This document shows positions 1 through 8,349 of a stretch of 64,000 nt of DNA, one piece after another. Numbering within the stretch: position 1 is the stretch's first letter; each line of letters opens with the position of its first letter. This DNA comes from Geopsychrobacteraceae bacterium (GTDB taxonomy: Bacteria > Desulfobacterota > Desulfuromonadia > Desulfuromonadales > Geopsychrobacteraceae), in contig OY759353.1 in assembly GCA_963662315.1 (NCBI GenBank), positions 288,001 to 352,000 of the forward strand, read 5' to 3'. Under the pieces are notes generated by a model, which worked only from the letters and a program-made list of their open reading frames with translations, was not told where the DNA came from and did no database searches. Position numbers and translations under genes: made by a program.

Positions 1-1
1 T

Positions 2-592
2 TTCCTTGTTACTTTCGTAACATATCTACTCTGTGGTTCATGGCTGTGCTGGCAGGTTGTTGTTGGCGTATTTTGTTCCCATTTTTTAATTGATGGTATT
101 AAAATCGCGACAAACAATGATAGCGCTAAAGCCTTTTTGGCCGATCAGTCTGCGCATTTTTTTATTCTTCTGTTGATCGCGTTCTATTGGGTTCCACCAA
201 CGATACAGCCTTTCTGGTTAACTGTATTTCCGTTTTACAGCAAATGTCTATTACTGCTCAGTGGTGCTTTTCTGGTGATTCAAGTAGGGGGCTACTGGGT
301 CGGGAAAGCTGTTTCCGGGTTTCAGGGTGCCCTTGGCGCTCCGACTGGATTGCCAAATGCCGGACGTTTAATCGGGCAGCTTGAACGGGGTTTGATCTTC
401 TTGTTAGTTCTTGTCGGACAGCCCCAGGGGGTGGGTTTTTTGGTAACTGCTAAATCAATTTTACGGTTCGGTGAAATTAAAGATTCGGGGCAGCAGAAGG
501 AAGCTGAATATATCATCATCGGGACCTTGATGAGTTTTGGCTGGGCGCTTGCTGTCTCTTATGGTGTCAAGTGTCTTTGGGGGCTGATTTGA
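2..592 (+). CDS. DUF3307-like membrane protein, 5'-truncated by window edge
   Basis: Frame is open from position 2. Motifs HFLIDGIK...FLADQSAH and NAGRLIGQLER...AKSILRF...AEYIIIGTLMS are typical of this family. Confidence 0.75.
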   Translation, partial: FLVTFVTYLLCGSWLCWQVVVGVFCSHFLIDGIKIATNNDSAKAFLADQSAHFFILLLIAFYWVPPTIQPFWLTVFPFYSKCLLLLSGAFLVIQVGGYWVGKAVSGFQGALGAPTGLPNAGRLIGQLERGLIFLLVLVGQPQGVGFLVTAKSILRFGEIKDSGQQKEAEYIIIGTLMSFGWALAVSYGVKCLWGLI

Positions 593-798
593 TTTATTCC
601 AATCGCTAAGACCGACGGGTCCCGGCCCGCCAGCCTGTCGCAAATTGGAATCTAATTTTTTTATTAAAACTCTTGAATTCATGAAATATGAAGGATATTT
701 TTACATATTGATTTTTATATGACATAAATCTGGAGGGGAAATATGTTCTGTATCAAGCATCACTTCAGATCTTCCCATCCTCAAACATCCGGGCCGTT

Positions 799-1374
799 AT
801 GAACTATTACGATCAAAACGGCCAAGCATTCTTTGATAGTACTTTCCAGGTTGATATGGAAAGTATCTACGCACCATTTCTGAAAAAATTGCCGCCAGCG
901 GGTATCATTATTGATGCCGGTTGCGGATCAGGCCGGGACGCTTTGGCGTTCTCCCGGATAGGGTTTCAAGTTGTTGCTTTTGATGCCAGTGAGCAACTGG
1001 TGCAACTGGCAAGGGAAAACACCGGTCTTGATGTAAAGTGCTGTGCCTTTACGGATTTTAGAACTGAACCGCAAAGTATAGACGCCATCTGGGCCTGCGC
1101 ATCGCTGCTGCATGTTCCGTTTTCTCAGTTGGCAGAAACATTCAAACACCTGGCAACGTTTTTAGTGCCAGCAGGAACTTTCTACTGTTCCTTCAAATAT
1201 GGTGATGGCGAGTCTCATCAAGATAATCGTCGTTTCACCAATCTAAATGAAAAGCTCTTAGCAGATGTTATAACCGCAACCGGCCTGCAGATCGAAAAGA
1301 CCTGGCAGAGTGAAGACCTGCGACCTGAACGGGTAGGGGAGATGTGGTTGAATGCGATTTTGGTTAAATGCTGA
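799..1374 (+). CDS. Class I SAM-dependent methyltransferase
   Basis: IIDAGCGSGRD motif I; IWACASLLH motif. Confidence 0.9.
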   Translation: MNYYDQNGQAFFDSTFQVDMESIYAPFLKKLPPAGIIIDAGCGSGRDALAFSRIGFQVVAFDASEQLVQLARENTGLDVKCCAFTDFRTEPQSIDAIWACASLLHVPFSQLAETFKHLATFLVPAGTFYCSFKYGDGESHQDNRRFTNLNEKLLADVITATGLQIEKTWQSEDLRPERVGEMWLNAILVKC

Positions 1375-1384
1375 TGAGGAGCTT

Positions 1385-1519
1385 ATGGCGCTTGAGGATT
1401 ACATTGATAAGTTCAGCCATCTGAACATGAACGCCAATGGCGGGCGCAAAAGTCCCCATAAAGTGTGCATGTTGTTGGCGGTGATGGATCTGATCCTGGC
1501 GTTAAAAACTGGGGAGTGT
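1385..1519 (+). pseudogene. N-terminal fragment of a putative SBD/HNH-type restriction endonuclease
   Basis: GAGGAG RBS, then MALEDYIDKFSHLNMNANGGRKSPHKVCMLLAVMDLI, resembling the PHK..LLLAV.DLI start of sulfur-binding-domain HNH nucleases. Similarity ends inside the 43-bp repeat. Confidence 0.55.
1477..1519 (+). repeat. 43-bp direct repeat, copy 1 (copy 2 at 3138-3180)
   Basis: ggcggtgatggatctgatcctggcgttaaaaactggggagtgt vs ggcggtgatggatctgatccaggcgttaaaaactgggaagtgt; 41/43 identical. Confidence 0.95.
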
Positions 1520-1559
1520 CTCTCATTTTGTACCACTCTTTTAAATATTAGGGGGAAAA

Positions 1560-2567
1560 ATGCCTAGCGGGATTTCGCACATTCTTTTAAGCCGTTATCT
1601 TGATATTCCAGATGATCGGCTGTATCGGTATCAACTTAAGAAAAATGCACGTTACTTTCAGATTGGTAGCATAGCTCCTGATTTGCCGTATGCAAGTTTG
1701 GTCGATGATGATTTCCTTGATTCGGATAGTGAACTTGCCAATTTGTTCCACTATACCCATCCCAATCAAGATCCTGATTTATCGCCAAATCGTTTGCCTT
1801 TGCTGGGGTTAAATCAAGTACAGAAACGGTTGTTGGCAGGTGAGAACAAAAGAGAATGCGACGCTTTTTTTTGGTTTATGGTTGGTTATGCCTCTCATCT
1901 TATTGCTGATGGTGTTTGTCATCCCTTTGTTATGGATAAGGTAGGTCGTTATGAAGGGGATAATAAAGCAGAGCATCGAGCTTTAGAAATGGGGATTGAT
2001 GTTCTTCTTTTTAAATTTTTTACTGAGCTCAGTGGGCATGAAATAGAGGCGAGTTATGCCAGAGAGGATAGTTATATAAAGGGCTTTAACCAGTTAACAT
2101 ATTCTGGATCTGTATGTACATATTTCTCTGATCTGATCCATACGATATATGGGATTGATGTTGCTCCAAATGAAGTTTCTGGGTGGGTTGAAGGTATGGG
2201 ACGGCTTTTTTGTTTATCAACCGGGAAATGGCCAGCATGGCTTCGTAATCTTGATGAAACCCGTCCATATGTGTTTCGGCAAATAAAGGACCTTGACGGA
2301 ATAAAGGATGACTACCTTGTCTTAGAATCGCCAAAATTTTGGGATGCTAATTTCCTTGGGAAAAATAGGGTTCACTTTTTTGAAGATTGCCTTCCTCGAT
2401 TTGATAAATTGATGCTCGCTTTCATAGATAAGGCTTGGGCATTTGTTTACGAACAAGGTCCTGCACTAACTGAAGCCGATTTGCCCGCATATAGCCTGGA
2501 TACAGGACGTGTTGTCGCCGACTATGACAATATCGAGCTTACCCCTGCTCAGTGGGAGGTCGCATGA
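1560..2567 (+). CDS. Zinc-dependent phospholipase C-like family protein
   Basis: MPSGISH N-terminus, GSIAPD, HY, GYASHLIADGVCHPFV and HRALE metal-ligand motifs. Confidence 0.8.
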   Translation: MPSGISHILLSRYLDIPDDRLYRYQLKKNARYFQIGSIAPDLPYASLVDDDFLDSDSELANLFHYTHPNQDPDLSPNRLPLLGLNQVQKRLLAGENKRECDAFFWFMVGYASHLIADGVCHPFVMDKVGRYEGDNKAEHRALEMGIDVLLFKFFTELSGHEIEASYAREDSYIKGFNQLTYSGSVCTYFSDLIHTIYGIDVAPNEVSGWVEGMGRLFCLSTGKWPAWLRNLDETRPYVFRQIKDLDGIKDDYLVLESPKFWDANFLGKNRVHFFEDCLPRFDKLMLAFIDKAWAFVYEQGPALTEADLPAYSLDTGRVVADYDNIELTPAQWEVA

Positions 2568-3010
2568 AACCTTTTGGCAAGCTAATTATTCTGAGTTTTC
2601 TCCTGCTTTGCACCTCCTGCGCGTACTTCACAGGTGGGGTTGATGATGTCGAGAGAGATGAATTTTTCAATAAACTTCCCATGATCAACGAAGAAATATT
2701 GGGGAACTTAAAATACGATGACCCGACTCTCAATTTGCAATCACTTGGGATAAATAGTTATGCCGAGCTTTTTTCGCAGCTTGATATGACGGATGATTAT
2801 CAGCGAGTTATAACTTATATCGATAAAAGTGCTGCTGAGAAAAAACTCCTTATTTTGAAAGACACTTTTGTCGTTTGTCTTCGTTCGGAGAAAAAACAGT
2901 ATCTGCTTTGTGACGATGCCGAGAGCACAGGGGCTGATAAGGTCTTGGTCGATCGAGAGTTGCCACTGTTGCAAGATGCTTTTGACAGTTTTTCCAAGTC
3001 CTTTGAGTAA
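2564..3010 (+). CDS. Predicted lipoprotein, translationally coupled to the PLC-like gene
   Basis: ATGA overlap with upstream stop; MKPFGKLIILSFLLLCTSC signal peptide with lipobox-like Cys. Confidence 0.7.
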   Translation: MKPFGKLIILSFLLLCTSCAYFTGGVDDVERDEFFNKLPMINEEILGNLKYDDPTLNLQSLGINSYAELFSQLDMTDDYQRVITYIDKSAAEKKLLILKDTFVVCLRSEKKQYLLCDDAESTGADKVLVDRELPLLQDAFDSFSKSFE

Positions 3011-3137
3011 ATATATATGCTGAGCTAGTTGACTTTGGAATCAATTGATACCGTACTTGTTTTGTGGCTTGGCCATATCCAGAAGCAAAATCGAATATGA
3101 AACGACCAAGTCATAAAGAATTGTCAGGCAAGCTTCA

Positions 3138-3180
3138 GGCGGTGATGGATCTGATCCAGGCGTTAAAAACTGGGAAGTGT
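3138..3180 (+). repeat. 43-bp direct repeat, copy 2; its end is the left half of the IS110 target site
   Basis: 41/43 identity to 1477-1519; ends in the GT core at 3179-3180, adjacent to the IS. Confidence 0.95.
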
Positions 3181-3289
3181 TTGAATGCATAAGTAACGAA
3201 AGAGGAAGCCTCCAGATGGCGGACAGTTCATAATATGAACAGGCGGGGTCGAATTCATCGCCCCGAGTCAGACCCAAAAGGAGGCTTCC

Positions 3290-4318
3290 ATGGAAAGTAT
3301 TCACTACATTGGCCTGGACGTCCACAAGAAAACCATCGCCTATTGCATCAAGAACATGAGCGGCAAAATGATTGATCAAGGGATCGTTGGAACTGAGCGC
3401 AGGGCTCTTCGGACGTGGCTATCGGCCTTGCCTGGCCCCTGGATGGGGGCTATGGAAGCGACACTGTTCACTGGCTGGATTTACGATTTTCTCAAACCAC
3501 ACGCGATTGAGCTGAAGGTTGCTCATCCGGAAATGCTCAAGGCGATTACTGCGGCAAAGAAGAAAAATGACCGGGCAGATGCTGAAAAGCTGGCGGATCT
3601 TCTACGAGTCAATCTTCTGCCCGAATGCACCATGATGTCCGAAGAGCTCCGGGAATTACGGCGTATTCTTCGTTATCGGAATATGGTGGTCCGCACGGCA
3701 GTGCAAATGAAAAATAAAATGGCCGGATTAATGATGGAAGTCGGCGCGACCTACGACAAAAAACGGTTGTATGGGAGCAAATACTTCAATCAACTGATGG
3801 AGCGGGTAGGCGATGTGCCCGATTCGGTCAAAGAGCTGTTACAACTGAGCCGCAGTAATCTAGAGCTGTTTACCGCCATCCAGAAGAAATTGGTTCGGAC
3901 TCTCCGGGAAAATGAACTGATTCGGCAGAGAGTTGAGCTTTTGATGAGCATTGCCGGGGTTGGAGAAATTATGGCTTTGACCTGGGTGTTGGAGATCGGT
4001 GATCCAACCCGCTTTCCCTCCAGTCGGGAAGCCATCAGCTATTGCGGACTCTGCAGTGCACAACGGGAATCGGCCGGGAAAGATCAACGAGGGCCACTCT
4101 CCAAAAAACGCAACAAGCACCTGCAGACCATGCTCATTGAAGCCGCTAAGCTAGCCCCACGATGGAATATTCAACTGGCGGAATTGCATGAAAAAGAGTT
4201 GACCAAAGGCAATCGCAACCGAGCCACTTTAGCTGTTGCACGCAAGCTGGTTGAATATCTGTTGGCCGTTGATCGACGTGGTACAGCTTTTGAGGAGAGA
4301 CAATCTCAGGTCGCCTGA
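3290..4318 (+). CDS. IS110-family recombinase/transposase
   Basis: YIGLDVHKK, MEAT and KKNDRADA (DEDD RuvC-like domain); C-terminal IAGVG...YCGLCSAQRESAGK...LSKKRNKHLQTMLIEAA with the catalytic Ser region. Confidence 0.95.
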   Translation: MESIHYIGLDVHKKTIAYCIKNMSGKMIDQGIVGTERRALRTWLSALPGPWMGAMEATLFTGWIYDFLKPHAIELKVAHPEMLKAITAAKKKNDRADAEKLADLLRVNLLPECTMMSEELRELRRILRYRNMVVRTAVQMKNKMAGLMMEVGATYDKKRLYGSKYFNQLMERVGDVPDSVKELLQLSRSNLELFTAIQKKLVRTLRENELIRQRVELLMSIAGVGEIMALTWVLEIGDPTRFPSSREAISYCGLCSAQRESAGKDQRGPLSKKRNKHLQTMLIEAAKLAPRWNIQLAELHEKELTKGNRNRATLAVARKLVEYLLAVDRRGTAFEERQSQVA

Positions 4319-4354
4319 GTTGGAGAAAAACAGATACTCTTTACATCAAACGAT

Positions 4355-4512
4355 CTTCCCGCCGGGCCTTGCGGACTAGGGACTACGTGAGCTTCGCTGC
4401 ACGACATTGGGAGTGTTTCAAGGCTGGCGGGTTGGCCCAAACTCAATCTTCTGTGAAGGGATGATATCCCGGAGACAGCACATGGATGTCTGGTCGCTGA
4501 TTTAGCGGACCA
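4355..4512 (+). ncRNA. Predicted bridge/seek RNA of the IS110 element
   Basis: Two stem-closed internal loops carry segments matching the target flanks (4375-4383, 4409-4416) and the donor junction (4438-4442, 4481-4489). Boundaries approximate. Confidence 0.85.
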
Positions 4513-4649
4513 AAAGAATAGATTAAAAAGATCGAAGGATGCAAAGGACAAGGAAAAACAGAGTCGCCACCGGGAGTAGGCCCGCGAGGTAAAGGGAAAC
4601 CTCCGCTTTCCCCTTGACTTTACTTATCATGGATGTCCCTAGTTTTCCC

Positions 4650-4826
4650 AAATATGGTGATGACCAGGTCGAACGTAATGATCGTCATTTTACCAACCTA
4701 AATGAAAAGCTCTTAGCAGATGTTATAACCGCAACTGGGCTGCAGATCGATACGACCTGGCAGAGCGAAGACCTGCGCCCGGATCGGGTAGGGGAGATGT
4801 GGTTGACTGCGATTTTGGTGAAATAA
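4650..4826 (+). pseudogene. Diverged duplicate of the 3' end of the methyltransferase gene (1195-1374)
   Basis: KYGDDQVERNDRHFTNLNEKLLADVITATGLQIDTTWQSEDLRPDRVGEMWLTAILVK vs KYGDGESHQDNRRFTNLNEKLLADVITATGLQIEKTWQSEDLRPERVGEMWLNAILVK. Confidence 0.9.
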
Positions 4827-4895
4827 TCTTACAGCAAATGCTATAAAAGCCCTTTTGATTGCCTGCTAGATTTAAGGGAAGAGTCTGTTAGTAAA

Positions 4896-6455
4896 ATGAG
4901 AATACCTATTATTGATTTGTTTGCAGGGCCGGGAGGATTAGGTGAGGGATTCAGCCAAGTTGGTTGGCGTGAGGGAAATCCGTTTTTTAGGATTGGGCTT
5001 TCTGTTGAAAAAGAAGTTTTTGCACACAGGACTTTAAGGTTGCGGAGCTTTATCCGTCAATTTCCTTATAACGAAATTCCGGAAGAATATTTTCAATTTC
5101 TGAGAGAAGGTAAACAGCCCGAAGAATTGTTTTTAATAGATAAATATAAGGAGCAGGCCGATTCTGCAGAAAATGAAGCTTGGCACGAGACTTTACGAGA
5201 TGATGCTGATTTTAATAAAAAACTGGACGAGCGTATTAGTCTTGCTCTTGATGGAAATAAGAATTGGGTATTGATTGGAGGCCCTCCTTGCCAAGCATAC
5301 TCACTGGCTGGACGGTCACGCAATAAGGGAAAGAAAGATTATATTCCTGAAAAAGATCATCGTCATTTTCTCTATCAGGAATATTTACGAATTATTGGTG
5401 AGCACAAGCCGGCAGTGTTTGTCATGGAAAATGTTAAAGGGATTCTTACCTCTAAGGTAGGCGGGAGCCCTATTTTTAAACAGATCCTTAATGATCTAAG
5501 AAGTCCAATGAACGGTAATGGCTGTAAGTATAGAATATTTTCATTGGTTGCTCCTGCCGAAGAAGTCAATGAAAACGGTGATCCTCTTTTTGATGATCGT
5601 GACTTTATTATCAGGGCTGAAGAGTATGGAATTCCGCAGGCGAGGCATAGAGTTATTTTACTTGGCGTAAGAGAAGATATTGTTGAAAAAGGGATTATTC
5701 CAGAAATTTTACAAAAAAGAAAACAGGTAAGTCTTTATAAAATTCTTACTCTTCCTCCCTTAAGAAGTGGTATTTCCAGGGGGAACTTTACCGGGGAAGA
5801 ATGGTTAAGGGCAGTAAAAAGTTTTCGAATTAAAGAACTGAGAAACGAGATCGTAAAGATCTCTGACCACAGAACAATGGATCGGCTTTGGGACGCTTTG
5901 AAGGAACTCAGCATTCCTGCAAGTGATATGGGGGGGAACTTCGTGACGAAATCGCCGACTCGGATTGCAGACATATTTTTGGAAGGTTGGTATGAAGATT
6001 CTAGAATTGGCGGTGTTTATAATCATTTAGCACGGACGCACATGGTCTCCGATCTTCATAGATATATATATGCAGCCAGTTTTGCCAAATCCAGAGGGAT
6101 ATCTCCACGGATGGCTGAATTTCCGGAGGATCTTAAGCCGGATCACAAAAATAGGGACACTGGTGATTTTAATGACCGCTTCAGGGTTCAGGTGACAGGG
6201 AAGCCTGCAACCACAGTAACCTGTCATATTTCAAAAGACGGTCATTATTTTATTCACCCCGATCCATCTCAATGCAGGAGTTTGACTGTCAGGGAGGCTG
6301 CTCGTATTCAGACTTTCCCGGATAACTATTTTTTCTGTGGAAACAAGACAGAACAATACATACAGGTTGGAAATGCTGTTCCGCCACTTCTGGCCAATAA
6401 AATTGCGCTGATTGTTAAAAAAGTGCTTGTTGAGGCGTTTGGTAACAATGGCTGA
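4896..6455 (+). CDS. dcm: DNA (cytosine-5) methyltransferase
   Basis: IDLFAGPGG, GGPPCQ, MENVKG, PQARHRV, RSLTVREAARIQTFPD, QVGNAVPP. Confidence 0.95.
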   Translation: MRIPIIDLFAGPGGLGEGFSQVGWREGNPFFRIGLSVEKEVFAHRTLRLRSFIRQFPYNEIPEEYFQFLREGKQPEELFLIDKYKEQADSAENEAWHETLRDDADFNKKLDERISLALDGNKNWVLIGGPPCQAYSLAGRSRNKGKKDYIPEKDHRHFLYQEYLRIIGEHKPAVFVMENVKGILTSKVGGSPIFKQILNDLRSPMNGNGCKYRIFSLVAPAEEVNENGDPLFDDRDFIIRAEEYGIPQARHRVILLGVREDIVEKGIIPEILQKRKQVSLYKILTLPPLRSGISRGNFTGEEWLRAVKSFRIKELRNEIVKISDHRTMDRLWDALKELSIPASDMGGNFVTKSPTRIADIFLEGWYEDSRIGGVYNHLARTHMVSDLHRYIYAASFAKSRGISPRMAEFPEDLKPDHKNRDTGDFNDRFRVQVTGKPATTVTCHISKDGHYFIHPDPSQCRSLTVREAARIQTFPDNYFFCGNKTEQYIQVGNAVPPLLANKIALIVKKVLVEAFGNNG

Positions 6456-6858
6456 CAGGATAACCAAAGAACGACGCAGCTGGAATATGTCCAGAATTCG
6501 TTCCAAGGATACCACTCCTGAAATGCGTGTGAGATCTTTTCTTCATCGTAAAGGTTACCGCTTCAGACTTCATGATAAAAAACTCCCAGGCAGTCCCGAT
6601 ATTGTTCTCAAAAAATATCGGACTGCCATTTTTGTTCATGGGTGCTACTGGCATAGACATACAGGTTGTAAAAACGCTTACTCTCCCAAGAGTCGTGTTG
6701 AATTCTGGGAGGAAAAATTCAGGCAGAATGTTGAAAGAGATCAAACGAAAGAAAGGCTGCTTTATGATGCGGGATGGAATGTTCTGACTGTATGGGAGTG
6801 TGAAACGAAATCACCTGAGCAGATTGAGCATGCTTTACGTGTATTTCTTAGAAAATGA
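6448..6858 (+). CDS. vsr: Very short patch repair endonuclease
   Basis: MADRITKERRSWNMSRIRSKDTTPE, LPGSPDIV, FVHGCYWHRH, VWECE. Confidence 0.95.
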   Translation: MADRITKERRSWNMSRIRSKDTTPEMRVRSFLHRKGYRFRLHDKKLPGSPDIVLKKYRTAIFVHGCYWHRHTGCKNAYSPKSRVEFWEEKFRQNVERDQTKERLLYDAGWNVLTVWECETKSPEQIEHALRVFLRK

Positions 6859-8349
6859 ATGGAGCTTTTAATGCGGGAAGTGCCACTACCACCACGAGCA
6901 GCTGCATTATCCGAGTCGATGAGGGACTTGGGATACTCTCTTGATGCTGCCGTTGCTGATCTGATAGATAACAGCATCACTGCGGGAGCATCTCGGGTTG
7001 ATATCTATTCTGATGTTCTCAGTTCAGGTGCTTGCCTGGCAATTGTTGATGATGGATCAGGCATGAGTGATGAGGAACTACAGGTAGCCATGCGCCATGG
7101 TTCCAGAAGTCCGCGTGAAAAAAGGTCGAAAGATGACCTCGGACGGTTTGGTCTTGGATTGAAGACCGCTTCTTTTTCGCAATGCAGCAAGCTAACTGTG
7201 GTCAGTTGTAAGAATGGCAAGAGGTCCGCTGCTTTATGGGACCTAGCTCTGGTTACTGAACGCGATGACTGGATTATCTGTGTGCTGGATGATGGTGAAA
7301 TTTTAAACCTTCCATATATAGACAAACTTGTAGGCGATGGGACACTAGTACTCTGGCAGGATCTGGATCGATTGTGTGAAGGCGATAATGAGGTTGTTAA
7401 CGAGAAGCTGGTAAATGAAAAAGTCAGGGAAGTAGCGAAACATCTTTCACTTGTATTTCACCGGTACCTATCTGGTGAAATCAAAGGAAAAAAACTTAAG
7501 ATATTTATAAATTATCACATGCTGGAGGCTTTTGATCCGTTCTGTATTTCTAATAAAGCAACGGACTCTCTTCGACAGGAAGTCATCCGAATTGATGGAG
7601 AGAAAGTTGTCATCCAACCATTCATACTGCCGCATCACAGCAAATTATCTGAGAAAGAAAAGGACTTCTATAACAGCAGAAGTGATTTTCTTAATAATCA
7701 GGGCGTCTATGTGTACAGGAATGGCAGGTTGATGGCTTGGGGTGACTGGTTCCGTCTGATTCCCAAAGGTGAGGCAACCAAGCTTGCTAGGGTAAAGATA
7801 GATTTTCCAAATACTATGGATGAGCATTGGACAATTGATATCAAAAAATCCAGAGCATACCCTCCTCATCAGGTAAGAGAACAGATTCGTAAGATAATTG
7901 GCAATATCGCAGAGGGCAGCACACGTGTAATCAAAGGGAAGGGGAAAAGGCTGTACGACAGAAATCCGAAGCCGATCTGGGTTAGAACTGCAGGGCAGGG
8001 AGTAATCGAATATTCTCTTGATCGTGCACATCCTGTGATCAGTTCCGTACAGGAGTCACTTGAGGATTATGAACGCAGGAAAGTAGAAGAGGTCCTTTCT
8101 ATTGTCGAAGATTCGCTTCCTATTGAGTCTATTTATGCTGACTACACAGTCAGCCCTCGGGATTTTGAAAAAACAACCGATGTTGAAATAGATGAGATTA
8201 TTAGAAGGCTGGAAGATGTCTGGAGTATTCTGTCTGTCACTCAGGGCATTTCAGAAAAATCTTTCAGGGACGTTGTCAGTTCGGTAAAGCCGTTTTCTGA
8301 TTATCCGGAAATTATTAATGAGTTTGTTGGGGGGAAATATAATGCTTAA
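6859..8349 (+). CDS. GHKL/MORC-type (MutL-like) ATPase of a restriction-like operon
   Basis: GYSLDAAVADLIDNSITA, DDGSGM, DLGRFGLGLKTASFSQ, QGVYVYRNGRL, WTIDIKKS. Confidence 0.9.
   Translation: MELLMREVPLPPRAAALSESMRDLGYSLDAAVADLIDNSITAGASRVDIYSDVLSSGACLAIVDDGSGMSDEELQVAMRHGSRSPREKRSKDDLGRFGLGLKTASFSQCSKLTVVSCKNGKRSAALWDLALVTERDDWIICVLDDGEILNLPYIDKLVGDGTLVLWQDLDRLCEGDNEVVNEKLVNEKVREVAKHLSLVFHRYLSGEIKGKKLKIFINYHMLEAFDPFCISNKATDSLRQEVIRIDGEKVVIQPFILPHHSKLSEKEKDFYNSRSDFLNNQGVYVYRNGRLMAWGDWFRLIPKGEATKLARVKIDFPNTMDEHWTIDIKKSRAYPPHQVREQIRKIIGNIAEGSTRVIKGKGKRLYDRNPKPIWVRTAGQGVIEYSLDRAHPVISSVQESLEDYERRKVEEVLSIVEDSLPIESIYADYTVSPRDFEKTTDVEIDEIIRRLEDVWSILSVTQGISEKSFRDVVSSVKPFSDYPEIINEFVGGKYNA

Larger units (their letters stand above)
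3181..4636 (+). mobile_element. IS110-family insertion sequence, IS1111-type (long right non-coding end)
   Basis: DEDD transposase; subterminal IR ataagtaa (3189-3196) / ttacttat (4620-4627); GT core at both junctions (3179-3180, 4635-4636); removal restores the hairpin aaaactgggaagtgtccctagtttt. Confidence 0.9.
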
